A stretch of DNA of 64,000 nt from positions 119,784,001 through 119,848,000 of the forward strand of contig OX597815.1 of assembly GCA_951406725.2 (NCBI GenBank), written 5' to 3'. Each line of letters begins with the position of its first letter. Position 1 is the stretch's first letter. This DNA comes from Octopus vulgaris. Taxonomy: Eukaryota. A program made the translations under genes and the position numbers. Shown piece by piece: positions 41,634 through 54,210 of the stretch. The notes under the pieces were generated by a model, which was given only the letters and a program-made list of their open reading frames with translations, was not told the origin of the DNA and did no database searches.

Positions 41634-42326
41634 CGGGCTTCTTTCAGTTTCCATCTACCAATTCCACTCACAAGGTTTTAGTCTGCCCGAGGCTATAGTA
41701 GAAGACACTTGCCCAAGGTGCCACGCAGTGGGACTGAACCCAGAACCATGTGGTTGGTAAGCAAGCTATTTACCACACAGCCACTCCTCGTACTGTGCAT
41801 CAAGAATTCGTCCCCCAGGGACTCTTGATTGATGGTCTGGACCATCAATCGAGAGTTCTATTGTGACATTTTAAAGTTTCTGAGGGAGGAAATTCAACAA
41901 AAGTGTATGGATCCGTGGAGCACAAAGAATTGAATTCTTCACGACAACAATGCACCCTGTCACTGAGCTCTACCCACTTGTGAGTTTCTCACCAAGAACA
42001 ACATGGTATTGCTTCCATACATACCCTATTCACCAGACTTAGCTCCTGCAGACTTCCATCTCTTCTCCAAGATGAAAAGGCAGCTCAAAGGTCACTGTTT
42101 TAACACTGATGTTGAGAACAAAAGTGAATTGCAGAAGGTCCTCAACTTGGTTATGATAAATGACTTCCAGGCTTATGATAAATGACTTCCAAAAGTGGCA
42201 GGAACTCTGACACCAGTGTATTGCTGTGCAAGGAGATTATTTCAAAGGAGATGATGTTATAACTTTGGCAAATAAGTTATTTTTTACCAAACATAATTAG
42301 TCCAGGAACTTTTTGATACCACCTCA
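40533..42326 (+). mobile_element. Decayed full-length mariner interrupted by a family B SINE
   Basis: TIRs TGAGGTGGTATCAAAAAGTTCCTGGA / TCCAGGAACTTTTTGATACCACCTCA with TA flanks. Remnant transposase MDRKLEQR..KFCIKLG...ITGDESWVYGY...HDNNAPCH...PYSPDLAPADFHLF. SINE at 41341-41788 with a short GTAC duplication. Confidence 0.92.
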
Positions 42327-42975
42327 TACATATTCTCTCTCTCCCTTTCTCTATCTCTTTGTATAACTCTCTATGTGTGTGATTATGTGTTTGTATTTGT
42401 ATTTGTTCATTTACCATTGCTTGACAACCAGTGTTGGTCTGTTTACATTCCTGTAGTTTGGTGGTTCAGCAAAAGATACCAATTGAATAATTACTACACT
42501 TAAAACAAAGTTCTGGGCACAATTTGTTCAACTAAACCTTTCAAGGCAATTTCCCAGCATGGCCACAGTTCAATGACAGAAATCAGTAAAACATAACAAT
42601 ATAAATAAATAAATAATCAGAATGTATTCCAGTTTTGATTGAAATTATTAATTAGGAAAGATTCCAGTTGAACTGACATCTGGAAAATAAGGGATCTCTT
42701 CAATAATAATGATTCTCTTGTTTAAGCTGGGTTCATCATAAAGATTTTTATTAAAATGTCGCTGGTGTAGTAGCACAACTTCTTTTATCAGTAGTGCCAT
42801 CATAACAATGCTTTTGAATTTGAGTAAACAAACTCCACATCTCTGGCATGGATTTCACCTGATCAGTGATGACCATTTCATTCCATGGTTTGATGTCTCT
42901 TTTGTTAGAAAAGATACAGAAACTTCAAACAAAATTGTTGGCATTATGGCTCACTACTTATAACTGAATCTCACT

Positions 42976-43131
42976 GGTCACATGACCTTGTTTACACAAA
43001 TATAGCAGACAACTTATAGGAAATGTCACATGACTGTGTTTTGTGGTTGTTTTCAGCCAATCAAACTACTTCCTTTTGGCACAAATTGCTTTTACAGACA
43101 TCCTGGTGAGAGCCTGTAGTCCATTATAAAA
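42976..43131 (+). promoter_or_regulatory. Candidate Pol II promoter or enhancer motif cluster
   Basis: GTCACATGAC twice (42977, 43025), TTGTTTAC (42988), TGTGGTT (43042), AGCCAATCA (43055), ACTTCC (43068) and TATAAAA (43125), all in non-repetitive DNA. Confidence 0.45.
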
Positions 43132-43227
43132 AGCTGCTTATTCAAACATTTAAATGGAATTTGCTGTAGTATTGGCCAGCTTCATGTTGGTTGGCCTGAC
43201 AGTAAAAGACAGTCTCTAATACCTTCT

Positions 43228-43273
<46 letters not shown>

Positions 43274-44459
43274 GTGTCTCTGTCTCTGTCTCTCTCTCTT
43301 GATCTCTGAGTCTCTGTCACCACACAATATGCAAACCATACTTTCACATAGACACATATATACTGATACAAACACATACAATACTAGACACAAAAATTTT
43401 ATGTTCATATCAACTCTTGCTTGGAAAATTGTCTCTTTCGTATTAATTTTCTCATGAACATACTTGCAAATATGAATTCCAGCTCATCCAAACATTACCT
43501 AATTGGACATTTTAGCTCAGTAACATAGTCATTTTCACAAGAGCATTTATTACAGTTTACTCATAATGCTCTGAGCTCTTATTTTGTACTGTGGTATCTT
43601 TTCAAATTTCTTGTACGGTTTAGGTCCACTGAGATCAACATATTCTTTGTAACATTTCTAAAAGACTTTTGATGTATCTGTTATTGTCATTCTCATCACT
43701 CCTTATCTCTGGAATCATCTACATTCATTTCCATTACAATTAGTCATTTATCTTCTTTACACTCTAATAGCATGTTAAACTTTTCTACAATCTGAGGTTA
43801 ACTGACAATATTAACAGCAACTCCACACTTTTATTTACAGTTAACTATGAGCTATTGTTTAATATTATCTTAGATTAATTAGAATGCAGTCAACTGGCAG
43901 AGTTGCTGCAGCACAGAATAGAATGAGTTGCGATACTTGTTCTCATTCTTTGTGTTCTCAATTTCTGAGTATGTAACCCACTAAAATCAACTTTACCTCT
44001 TACCCTTTTGTAGCCATATTTGTACCATATTTTATGTGAGGGAACCATGTAGAAAGCACCCAGTAACCACTGTAAAGAGGTTGGCATTAAGAAGTGTATC
44101 CAGCCATAGAAACCATGCCAAGAGAGAGGACTGGAGCCTAGTTCACCCCTCCTGCTTGTCAGCTCCTGTCAAACCATCCAACCCATGCTAGCATAGAAAA
44201 CAGATGTTAAATGATGATGAGCATGACTGATGACAACAATGACAACAACAATGGCATAAAAGATGCATGGGCATATTAAACACATACCCCAGTCTCAGTA
44301 GTGTATATTTAGGTAAAAAAAATTTTAATGCATTAAAACATGTAATATAGGCCCAACTCTGCATAATAGGACTCAGAGCAATTTTTTTAAAACATTTTCT
44401 TGGAAAATAAAAGTGTGTCCTATATATTATGAAATATGATACTAGTCTGGTGCTGACAT

Positions 44460-44511
<52 letters not shown>

Positions 44512-46318
44512 TCAGCTATCACATTATGGATGTTTGGCTGGATCATAGACAGAAAGGTCAACAATATGTTTGTATCCATTCAGGAGAACATGGGACCTAA
44601 AGCAATTAGTGAAAACAAGATGTATGTTACCAAGTTATCATTGACTGTGTGTGATGGCCACAGGTTTTTTCCTGTCTTAATTAGGCTAAGAAAATGGCAA
44701 GCTGACAGAATTGTTAGCACACCAGGTAAAATGCTGACTTGCATTTCTTCTGGCTTTACATTCTAAGTTCAAATTCCATCGAGATTAACTTTGCCTTTCA
44801 TCCTTTCAAAGTCAATGGAATATGTACCAGTTGAGCACTGAGGTTGATTTAATTGCCTAGTTCCATCAGCATTTCAGGCCCTGTACCTATAGCAGAAAAG
44901 CTATCAACTAGGTTAAGCTGAAGATTTAAGATTTAGAAAGATTAGAGTAGTTTGTGTTTAATTTGAGATGGTCAGTTGAAATCGGACAAGTGAGAAATGA
45001 TTTTGGTGTTTTTAAAGTAAGTACAGGTATGGCTATGAAGTTAAGAAGCTTGTGATCTTGAGTTCAGTCCTACAACATGGCTGCTTGGGCAAATGTCTTC
45101 TATTATAGCCCAAGGTTGACAAAATCCATGTGAGTGGACTGGGTGGACAAAAACCTGAAGAAGCCTATCAAATGTGTGTGCCCTTGTCTTGACATTGTGT
45201 AATGGTTGTAGATGTTCATTAAATAAAATTGTTCATTTCCAGTTCATTCCCATGTCTGGCCTGGGAAATTACTTTGATTGGAAATATGTGAAGGTTGGCA
45301 ACAGGAAAGGCATCTGGTTATAAAGAAAGCTGTCTCAACAAATTCTGTCTGACCCATGCAAACATTGGAATGTAGACACTAAGTTATAATGATATTGATG
45401 ATGTTGGTACAATATGTATTTTTGATATTCAGTACTGGGTCAGTTTTGATAAAACAGACAAAGGCATCCTATCTTATTTAAAAAGATATTATATTATGTC
45501 AAGGAACATATTTTCAGATTTTTTTCGTTTTTAAAAGCACAGAGGGACTTGAAGTTTAGCTGCTATTTCTAACAGGTTAGTCAACTGTGTAGTCACTCAC
45601 ATAAGCTTGACTACAATTACTATTGATAACAATTTTTTTATGTAGGTAGAGAGAGACAATTAAAGTAACATTTCTTGCCTAAGAGTACAATGTGAAATCA
45701 TCTCTAAAAGGGCTTTACATTCAATGAGTAATATATACCACATCGAAAGCTGTTAGTTATTACAGCAAAAAAAAAAAAAAGAATAAAATGATATAAAGAT
45801 TAAAAATTTTTTTATGTCAGCATTAATTCTGTCTAAAAGGAGAAATTGTGATGTTCATGCCTTTACTATGGCAATTTGAAACTGAAATATTTTTCAACCA
45901 TAACTGAAAACTAAAATGATAGGCTTGCCTGGCAGAGACATTACTACATGCTTTGTATATGTCTTCTATTTTTAGTAGTAGCTTGCCAAAATCATTCAGT
46001 CTGGTGTATGCCTAAATTAGTTATTTCCCTTAGATGATAGTGACAGTTTGTGTGTTGGTATATTTTGAGTGTGTGCTTGTATTGTTGGAATAAAAGTCGT
46101 ACTGGTGTGCACGTACGTGTGTGCATGTGCGTTGGTACGTATGTTGGGTGTGGGTATGTGTGTATACATACATACATAGATACATACATACATACATACA
46201 TACATACATACATCAGGTAGATCAAAGGTTGTAAGTGGATTTGGTAGATAGAAACTGAAAGAAGCCCATTTTATGTATGTGTATATATATATATGTATAT
46301 ACGAATATACATACATAC

Positions 46319-46369
<51 letters not shown>

Positions 46370-46417
46370 TGTATGTATGTATGTATGTATGTATATATAT
46401 ATATATATATATATATG

Positions 46418-47230
46418 TTTCTTTATTAGCCACACAGGGCTGAACACAGACGGGACAAATTACAAAGTAGAGCTTTTCTTTTTGGGGAGAGAAAAAAAAA
46501 GTGGGGTAGGTTTTCGATCAAAAGGGAACGTAAAAAGGAAAGAAAGAAAAAAAAAACGATCAATAGGGATCGTGTATCACAGAGATGTCATGGTGTAAAG
46601 TGTAAAGGGGTAGCAGATAAGGTTTATCCGTGGAAAGAAAAACCTACGGAAAAGACCACGGTAACCTCGGTCAATAATGTCACATGTTAACACATTTATT
46701 TGCAAGTAAGTAACTCTCTTTTTAAATTTTCCAGGTTCATAGGATTATGCTCAAGGTGGCTTCATCATTCATACATGCCATCCTTTCTACATTCACCCAT
46801 CTTTTTTCGAAATATTCACTAGACAAAACTTGCCTCTCTACTCTCACTTTCCTTTCCAAGTGATACTTGAAGAAGTTGGTGAGAGATTGACCAGAGAGGA
46901 AAGTGTTTGTCTCCAATCCTTTCAGATGCGTCCACCAGATACATTCTTTCACCAGTATGATGAAAATAGCTCTTCCTCCCTGTTTGAAGGAAGGCGGTGT
47001 GACGATATTGACAATAGACTTGGCTGATAAATCGACTCGTCCTACACATGACAGCAGTTGTTCGACATAAGCCTACAAGTCGGAAATGGCTGGACACTGC
47101 ACGAGTGTGTGCAGAACGGTTTCGGCGCTCTGACCGCATCTTGGGCAGGTTGGCCCCGTGTTTCTTGAGCCATGTCTGTAGAGCTTATCCCGAACGGGTA
47201 CCACTTCTCGGTAACACTGCCAGGCCAGGG
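46418..47230 (-). mobile_element. 5'-truncated Tx1/L1-like LINE (ORF2 C-terminus and 3' UTR)
   Basis: LAWQCYREVVPVRDKLYRHGSRNTGPTCPRCGQSAETVLHTLVQCP (CCHC, zf-RVT-like motif) ...KECIWWT...FEKRW. Ends AATAAAGAAA; flanked by (TA)n. Confidence 0.85.
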
Positions 47231-47278
47231 ATATATATATATATATGTAGAAGGTTGAAAAGGAACACGCAAGTTGAT

Positions 47279-47584
47279 ATATATGGAAAAAAAAGTCAAG
47301 GTAGAAAATGCTAAAATAATTTTATAAAAAACATTTCGGTACTGGTTTCAGTCATTGAGACTTTTTCAACTGTAAGTATGAATTATAATTAAATTTTGGA
47401 AAAATTAAAAGAAAAGTTTTTAAAAAGAAATTTAAAAACTTTTAAAAAACTTTTCTTTTCATTTTTCCAAAATTTAATTGTTATCCATACTTACAGTTGA
47501 AAAAGTCTCAATGATTGAAACCAGTACTGAAATATTTTTTATAAAATTACTTTACCATTTTCTACCTTGACTTTTTCCATATAT
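47279..47584. mobile_element. Fold-back pLTR-like element, each arm with a U3-A8 hammerhead motif
   Basis: Inverted arms of about 140 bp. A third copy of the arm is at 50724-50870. Confidence 0.85.
47494..47530 (+). ncRNA. Minimal hammerhead motif, U3-A8 core variant
   Basis: CAG UUGAAAA AGUC ucaau GAUU GAAA C CA GUA CUG. The opposite arm has a perfect AGUC/GACU stem II. Confidence 0.6.
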
Positions 47585-48363
47585 ACATATATATATATAT
47601 ATAATATATCATCATCAATATATATATACATACATACATACACATGCATACATATATATACATATACACATGTTTGTGTGTGTATGTGTGTGTATTTGTG
47701 TCTGTGTTTGCCCCCTGTGACAGCTTGACAACTGGTGTTGGTGTGTTTACATCACTGAGACATAGCAGTTTGGCAAAAGAGACTGATAGATTAAGTGCCA
47801 GACTAAAAGACAAAAAAAACAAAAAACAAGGTTCATTCGACTAACGGTTCTTTAAGTAAAAGATATAGGAATTTGAAAGGTACAGTGTTTGATTCTCTTT
47901 TACCATTTCCTAACTGTATTTACCTGCTTTTCTAATCTTTCTTCACTGCCATCCTGTCTGAGAATTACTTTATTTGCTGCAGAATACTGACTCACTTGGT
48001 GCTTATAAGTTTGTTTAGAATATGTGTGTGTGTGTGAAGGCATGTGGCTTAGTAGTTAGAGTGTTCAGCTTACGATCGTAAGGTCATGAGTTCAATTCAT
48101 AGGGACGCATTGTGTCCTCGAGCAAGACTCTTTATTTCACATTGTCCCAGTCCACTCAGCTGGCAAAAATGTGTAATACCTGTATTTCAAAGGGCCAGCC
48201 TTGTCACATCCTGCATCCTGCTGAGTCCATCTGAGAACTACATTAAGGGTACACATGTCTGTGGAGTGCTCAGCCACTTGCACGTTAATTTCACAAGCAG
48301 GCTGTTCCATTGATTGTATCAGCTGGGACCCTCGTCATTTTAACCAATGGAGTACTAAGGCCA

Positions 48364-48470
<107 letters not shown>

Positions 48471-48562
48471 TAGGGAGAGTTTACGAAAAAAACAAAAAAC
48501 GAAGACAGGTGGTGTATAAAACAAACAGATGTATTAGTATAACGCTCAGGAATAGAAAAGGT

Positions 48563-48598
48563 CTTTTACGTTTCGAGCCTACGCTCTTCTACAGAAAG
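48563..48598 (-). ncRNA. Minimal hammerhead motif, CUGUAGA core variant
   Basis: CUUU CUGUAGA A GAGC GUAG GCUC GAAA C GUA AAAG. Decayed family members at about 20674-20710 and 60185-60216. Confidence 0.55.
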
Positions 48599-48932
48599 GA
48601 ACACAGAAAAAAAACAAGGAGAGAAACGAGGAGAGAAAAAAAGGATCAATAACAATAAAGGGTAAAATTAATTAATCAATTAATAATTAATAATTTTACC
48701 AAGTAGTTCGGTATGTTAAAAGAACCGTTATCAGTAAAGTTATACAAAAATTCTATAATTATGCACATAATTATAATTAGGGTTCAGCAAAATTTGCTTC
48801 ACCACATACCGAAATTTAGAAATAGCAGTTAAAATACTATTCTACTACCATAAGATATCTCCCAGACAGCAATACTTAACAACTCATGCAGGTAAAGAGA
48901 AAAAAGTAACAAATCCACTCGGCTCTGATTAA

Positions 48933-49012
48933 CTGTATACGTGTTTCGGGGTTAGAGTGATGTAAAAATGTAAAATCATATTTCTACTCACTCATTCCCT
49001 TCGTCAGTACAG
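48933..49012 (-). ncRNA. Type I minimal hammerhead ribozyme motif
   Basis: CUGUA CUGACGA AGGG...CCCC GAAA C AC GUA UACAG. Confidence 0.8.
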
Positions 49013-49260
49013 TAATTATTAATTGATTAATTAAATTTACCCTTTATTCTTATTGCTAATATAATTCTCTCCCTGATAGTAAGTTGCAATTTCTGCGGAA
49101 TTTCCTCATTGGCACATGTGGGTGATTGAGGAGGAATGTGAGATCTCATTCGTCTGTTTGAATTCGGAAGTACTGGTCTTTGGATATATGCTATTTGATG
49201 GCGCTTGGTCGAAAATACGTATGTTAATTATCAGTGCTCTCAAATTTTAAATTTGAATTA

Positions 49261-49342
49261 CTGTACTGATGAAGGGAATGAGTGAGTAAAAATATGATTT
49301 TACATTTTTTTACATCTCTCTAACCCCGAAACGTGTATACAG
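49261..49342 (+). ncRNA. Type I minimal hammerhead ribozyme motif
   Basis: CUGUA CUGAUGA AGGG...CCCC GAAA C GU GUA UACAG. Confidence 0.8.
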
Positions 49343-49617
49343 TTAATCAGAGCTGAGTGGATTCATTATTTTTTCTCTTTACCTGCATGAGTTGTTGAGT
49401 ATTGCTGTCTGGGAGATATCTTATGGTAGTAGAATAGTATTTTAACTGCTATTTCTAAATTTTGGTATGTGGTGAAGCAAATTTTGCTGAACTCTAATTA
49501 TAATTATGCTTATAATTATAGAATTTATATATATATATATGGCTTCCCAGACCCGGTCAAACCGTCCAACCCGTGCTAGCGCGGAAAGCGGACGTTAAAC
49601 GATGATGATGATGATGA

Positions 49618-49668
<51 letters not shown>

Positions 49669-49996
49669 TGAAAGAAAGAAGAAATGTTTCCTTCATGAGC
49701 CATGCCAGGTTCATAAGGGCCTTCTTGAGCCATGCCAGGCTCATAAGGGTTTCCCAGTTTCAATGGCATACAAATTCCCCACCTGGATGGGATTACGTTC
49801 TATCGTCAGATTACTCAAATTTGCCAGCTGAGTGGACTAGAACAATAGGAAATGAAGTGTTTTGCTTAAGAACACAATGCATCACCCCGTCCAGGAAATG
49901 AAACCACAATCTTACAATCATGAGTCCAACACCCTAACCACTAAGCCATGTGCCTCCACACACACACACACATATGTATGTGTGTGTGTGTGTGTG

Positions 49997-50420
49997 CAGT
50001 AGAAATCACATTCATCATGTGTTGCATATCTTCCAAGGAATGTGCTAACAGGTCACAATCATCTGCATATAAGAACTCAATGATGTGAGAATGAAGAACT
50101 TTGATTTTGGCACAAAGTCTTTTAAGGTAGAAAAGTTTTGACACCGTCCTATATATCTTATATAGACCCCTTCAGCACAATCTTCATCTTCATGGCTATT
50201 TGAAAGACTATTGTAAAATGCAGAGCAAACGATGCAGGAGCAAGAATATCATCCTGTTTCACACTATTTTCTACAGAAATTGTATCTGATGGGATACTTC
50301 CAACATAAACCCTCACACCCATCCTGTCATGGAAATTGTTTAATCATTCTCACAAACTTTTCAGGGCAGCCCAGCTTTTCTAAAATCTCCCAAAGTGCTA
50401 CTCTATTTACAAAATCAAAC
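49997..50420 (-). mobile_element. RTE LINE reverse transcriptase fragment
   Basis: KLFYLKRLCAKIKVLHSHIIEFLYADDCDLLAHSLEDMQHMMN. Upstream remnants are ALWEILEKLGCPEKFVRMIKQFHD and VKQDDILAP. Confidence 0.85.
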
Positions 50421-50692
50421 TTGATACAAGTTCTCATCCTGTTCAATGTCTATATATATTACACAGACACACACATAAAAAGGCGGTTCCCCAGCAGAAA
50501 TGTTAGCATGCCAGGCAAAAAGCTTAGTGGTATTTCGTCTGTCTTTATGTTCTGAGTTCATATTCCGCCGAGGTCGACTTTGTCTTTCATCCTTTTGGGA
50601 TCTATATATTAAGTACCAGTTGCGTACTGATATCAATCTAATCGACTGGCCCCCTTCCCCAAAATTTCAGGCCTTGTGCCAGGAGTAGAAAA

Positions 50693-50728
<36 letters not shown>

Positions 50729-51001
50729 AAAAAAAGTCAAGATAGAAAATGCTAAAATAATTTTATAAAAAACATTTCAGTACTGGTTTTAGTCATTGAG
50801 ACTTTTTCAACTGTAAGTATGGAAAACAATTTAATTTTGGAAAAATTAAAAGTAAAGTTTTTTAAAAGAATATTATTTGCATAGTGTTCAAATACAAGAG
50901 GCATTTTCCTTGTTTCTACCTGTTTCTCTCTCTCTTGTTTACTCTTGTGGGCTTGAGGTCATTGTGAATTCTTGGTAGGGAATAATAATAATAATAATAA
51001 T

Positions 51002-51044
<43 letters not shown>

Positions 51045-51175
51045 CGGGAGTGCCATGACAGTAGTATGTTGAATGGTCAACTGCCCTGAAAGTGACCTGC
51101 TGTGGATGGTAGTAATGATTGAGTTCCTGAAACATCTCTTTTGAATGTTTTGTTTATAAAATTTGCATAGATGTT

Positions 51176-51217
<42 letters not shown>

Positions 51218-51802
51218 CTACTGGTCTACTGTTTATTAGAGGGATCAAGAATTACTCAAAGTATCTTCTTTCTTTTACTTGTTTCAGTCATTAGACTGCG
51301 GCCATGCTGGGGCACTCCCTTGAAGAATTTATATTCAAATGAATCAACCCTAGTACTTTCTCTTTTTCAAGCCTGGTACTTATTCTATTGATCTCTTTTG
51401 CTGAACTGCTAAGTTATAGGAATGTAAACACACCAATACCAGTTGTCAAGTGGTGGTGGGGGACAAACTCACACACACACACATACACACACACATGATG
51501 GTATTCTTTCATTTTCTGTCTATCAAATCCACTCACAAGGCTTTGGTTGGCTCAAGGCTATAGCAGAAGATACTTGCTAAAATTTCCACACAGTGGGATT
51601 GAACCAAGAACCATGTGGTTGGGAAGCTTCGTACCACACAGTCAAACCTTTGGCCAAATATATCACTCAATATATTTAGTATCAATTCACGTATGGTTTT
51701 AAAAAGTAAATGTGGGTTGTGACATCTAAGATTGTCTCAGTAGCCACTGTCAGATAGTCCGATGAAGGCTACTAAGATGAAATGTTGAAAGTAACACACA
51801 GG

Positions 51803-51867
<65 letters not shown>

Positions 51868-51871
51868 TAAC

Positions 51872-51922
<51 letters not shown>

Positions 51923-52279
51923 CCTCTTAAGACTATTGGCAACATGTAAACCAGTACAACCTGTCGCCTGGTCAGGCTGCTTGTGACTAAATTGGGGAGC
52001 CTGCTTGGTAAGGAAAGAGGTTTTCATTGGAAACCTGCAGGAAAAAAAGCAAAACCTGTCAAAGGACAGATGAATTTAGTAAAGTAAACAGCCTTCAAAT
52101 GACTGGGCATGAAAAATCCCTCGTCTTTGTTTAGACATTTCTCTAGAAGGAAAACTGCTGTAACACACACACACACGTGTGTGTGTGTGTGTGGTACACC
52201 TCTTCAATTTACCAGTTTTAGTCAAACAATCTAACCCATGGCAGTATGTAAAACAGACACTAAACGATGATGATGATGA

Positions 52280-52333
<54 letters not shown>

Positions 52334-53189
52334 AAGAAAGTAACTATATGAAAGCATTATTGCTGTTAAAAACAGTAATAATGAGGTGGTTAGCAAGACT
52401 TCTACCTTAATAGGTATAATATTAAATATTTGAATAAAAGAAGGGTAAAATACCACTTGCCAAAGATGAAAGTGAAAGCTTTGAAAACCACCAATCCCAC
52501 AATAAATACACACACAAGCAATGCAATGAAAACTTTAAAACTAGTCCTACCTTCAGGATGGAATTTGAAGATAGTTTACATACACCAATATCAATTAATT
52601 TCATGCTGTGTTTGAGAAAACATGCTTTGCAATTTTCAGTTGGAGATAGCAGCATCTATTTCCAAAATATTCACTACGTCAACTCATGTGCATTTCAAAC
52701 TTTAAACTTACTTGGAAATGGATGTGTGGCATTCAGTCAAATAATAATATAAATAATATATATATGTGCATACATATAAGTATATGTACACATGTGCACA
52801 TGAGTACAGGACGTGACAAACCAGAAACAGCATGAAATATGGAAACAAAGGAGTTGAATACATAAACGGGAGAAACAAATAGAAAACAGGACAAGTAACA
52901 TAAAAAGTGACCCTTCATCAGTTGTCGGTTGTCCATCTACTCCTCATTTCAAGCATTGAATCACACACATACACACACACACATACATATACTCTTTTAT
53001 TTGTTTCAGTTATTTGACTGTGGCCATGCTGGAGCACCGCCTTTAGTCGACCAAATCAACCCCAGGACTTATTTTTTGTAAGCCTAGTACTTATTCTATT
53101 GGTCTCTTTTGCTGAACTGCTAAGTTACAGGAGACGTAAACACACCAGCACCAATGTTGGGGCGGGGAGGGGACAAACATAGACACACG

Positions 53190-53229
<40 letters not shown>

Positions 53230-53593
53230 AGCCACCCCTCTCCATGCCACTGATGTTATCCAAGGGAAAACCACAGGCTGATATAGCTTGGCACCAGTGA
53301 TATCACGACTCATTTCTACAAGTCAGTGAACTGGAGCAACATGAAATAAAGAGTCTTGCTTAAGAACACAACACACAGCTCAGTCCAGGAATCGAATTCA
53401 CTACCTTATGATTGTGAGCTTGTTGCTCTAACCATAGAACTATGTGCATTCACATACATACACTTCTCTCCAACAACATCACACTGTCTTGCAATCTTGA
53501 AAACACACGCATGCACACCCACCTACACATGCACACACATGATATATATTTATATATATGTTATCTCCATATCAACATATATATATGTGTGTA

Positions 53594-53627
<34 letters not shown>

Positions 53628-53704
53628 AATCCTTTTGTTTCCATAAAACGAGACAAAAATTCTTTCTTGTTGTATATATATATGTATGTGTGTGTTTATA
53701 TATA

Positions 53705-53928
53705 TATAAAATACAAAAATGAGACAAGAACGCAAAACATCCAGACAGACGATACATAATCAGCCATAATTGCAAATATAATCTGGAACTTGACTGTGGA
53801 AAGAAAACTCTGAATGATCCGTCCTCGTTTTCTTTGTATTGTCAGTTTGGATGTTTTGTTGTCCCTTTTTTGTATCACTTAACTGTCTGGATGTTTTGCG
53901 TTCTTGTCCCATATTTGTATTTTTTATA
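53705..53928. repeat. Short element with inverted ends of about 45 bp
   Basis: GACAAGAACGCAAAACATCCAGACAG / CTGTCTGGATGTTTTGCGTTCTTGTC. The internal segment resembles 38375-38425(-). Confidence 0.6.
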
Positions 53929-53963
53929 TGTAAAAATATACCGGCATACATGCACTTTGGTCT

Positions 53964-54023
<60 letters not shown>

Positions 54024-54024
54024 T

Positions 54025-54055
<31 letters not shown>

Positions 54056-54149
54056 CACACACATACATATATATATAGATGAGTGTATTTTTCCCTTGTT
54101 AACATGTGTTGGAAGTAAAAGTATTTGAATTATACCTGCGTTAAACTCC

Positions 54150-54193
<44 letters not shown>

Positions 54194-54210
54194 ATCAATT
54201 TATAATTTGT

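Larger units (their letters stand above)
48647..49526. mobile_element. Large inverted pLTR-like element (arms 48748-49017 / 49256-49526)
   Basis: Arms of about 270 bp, each with a hammerhead. An extra short inverted pair at 48647-48690 / 49013-49055. Confidence 0.85.

Noticed and set aside
52350-52740. Possible further GIY-YIG C-terminal remnant (MLCLRK)
   Set aside because: Only one weak motif; too decayed to support.
52905-52960. CUGAUGA AGGG on the minus strand as a hammerhead (similar at about 38400 and 59090)
   Set aside because: No downstream GAAA and paired stems in the right order; probably part of a repeat family, but not a supportable ribozyme.
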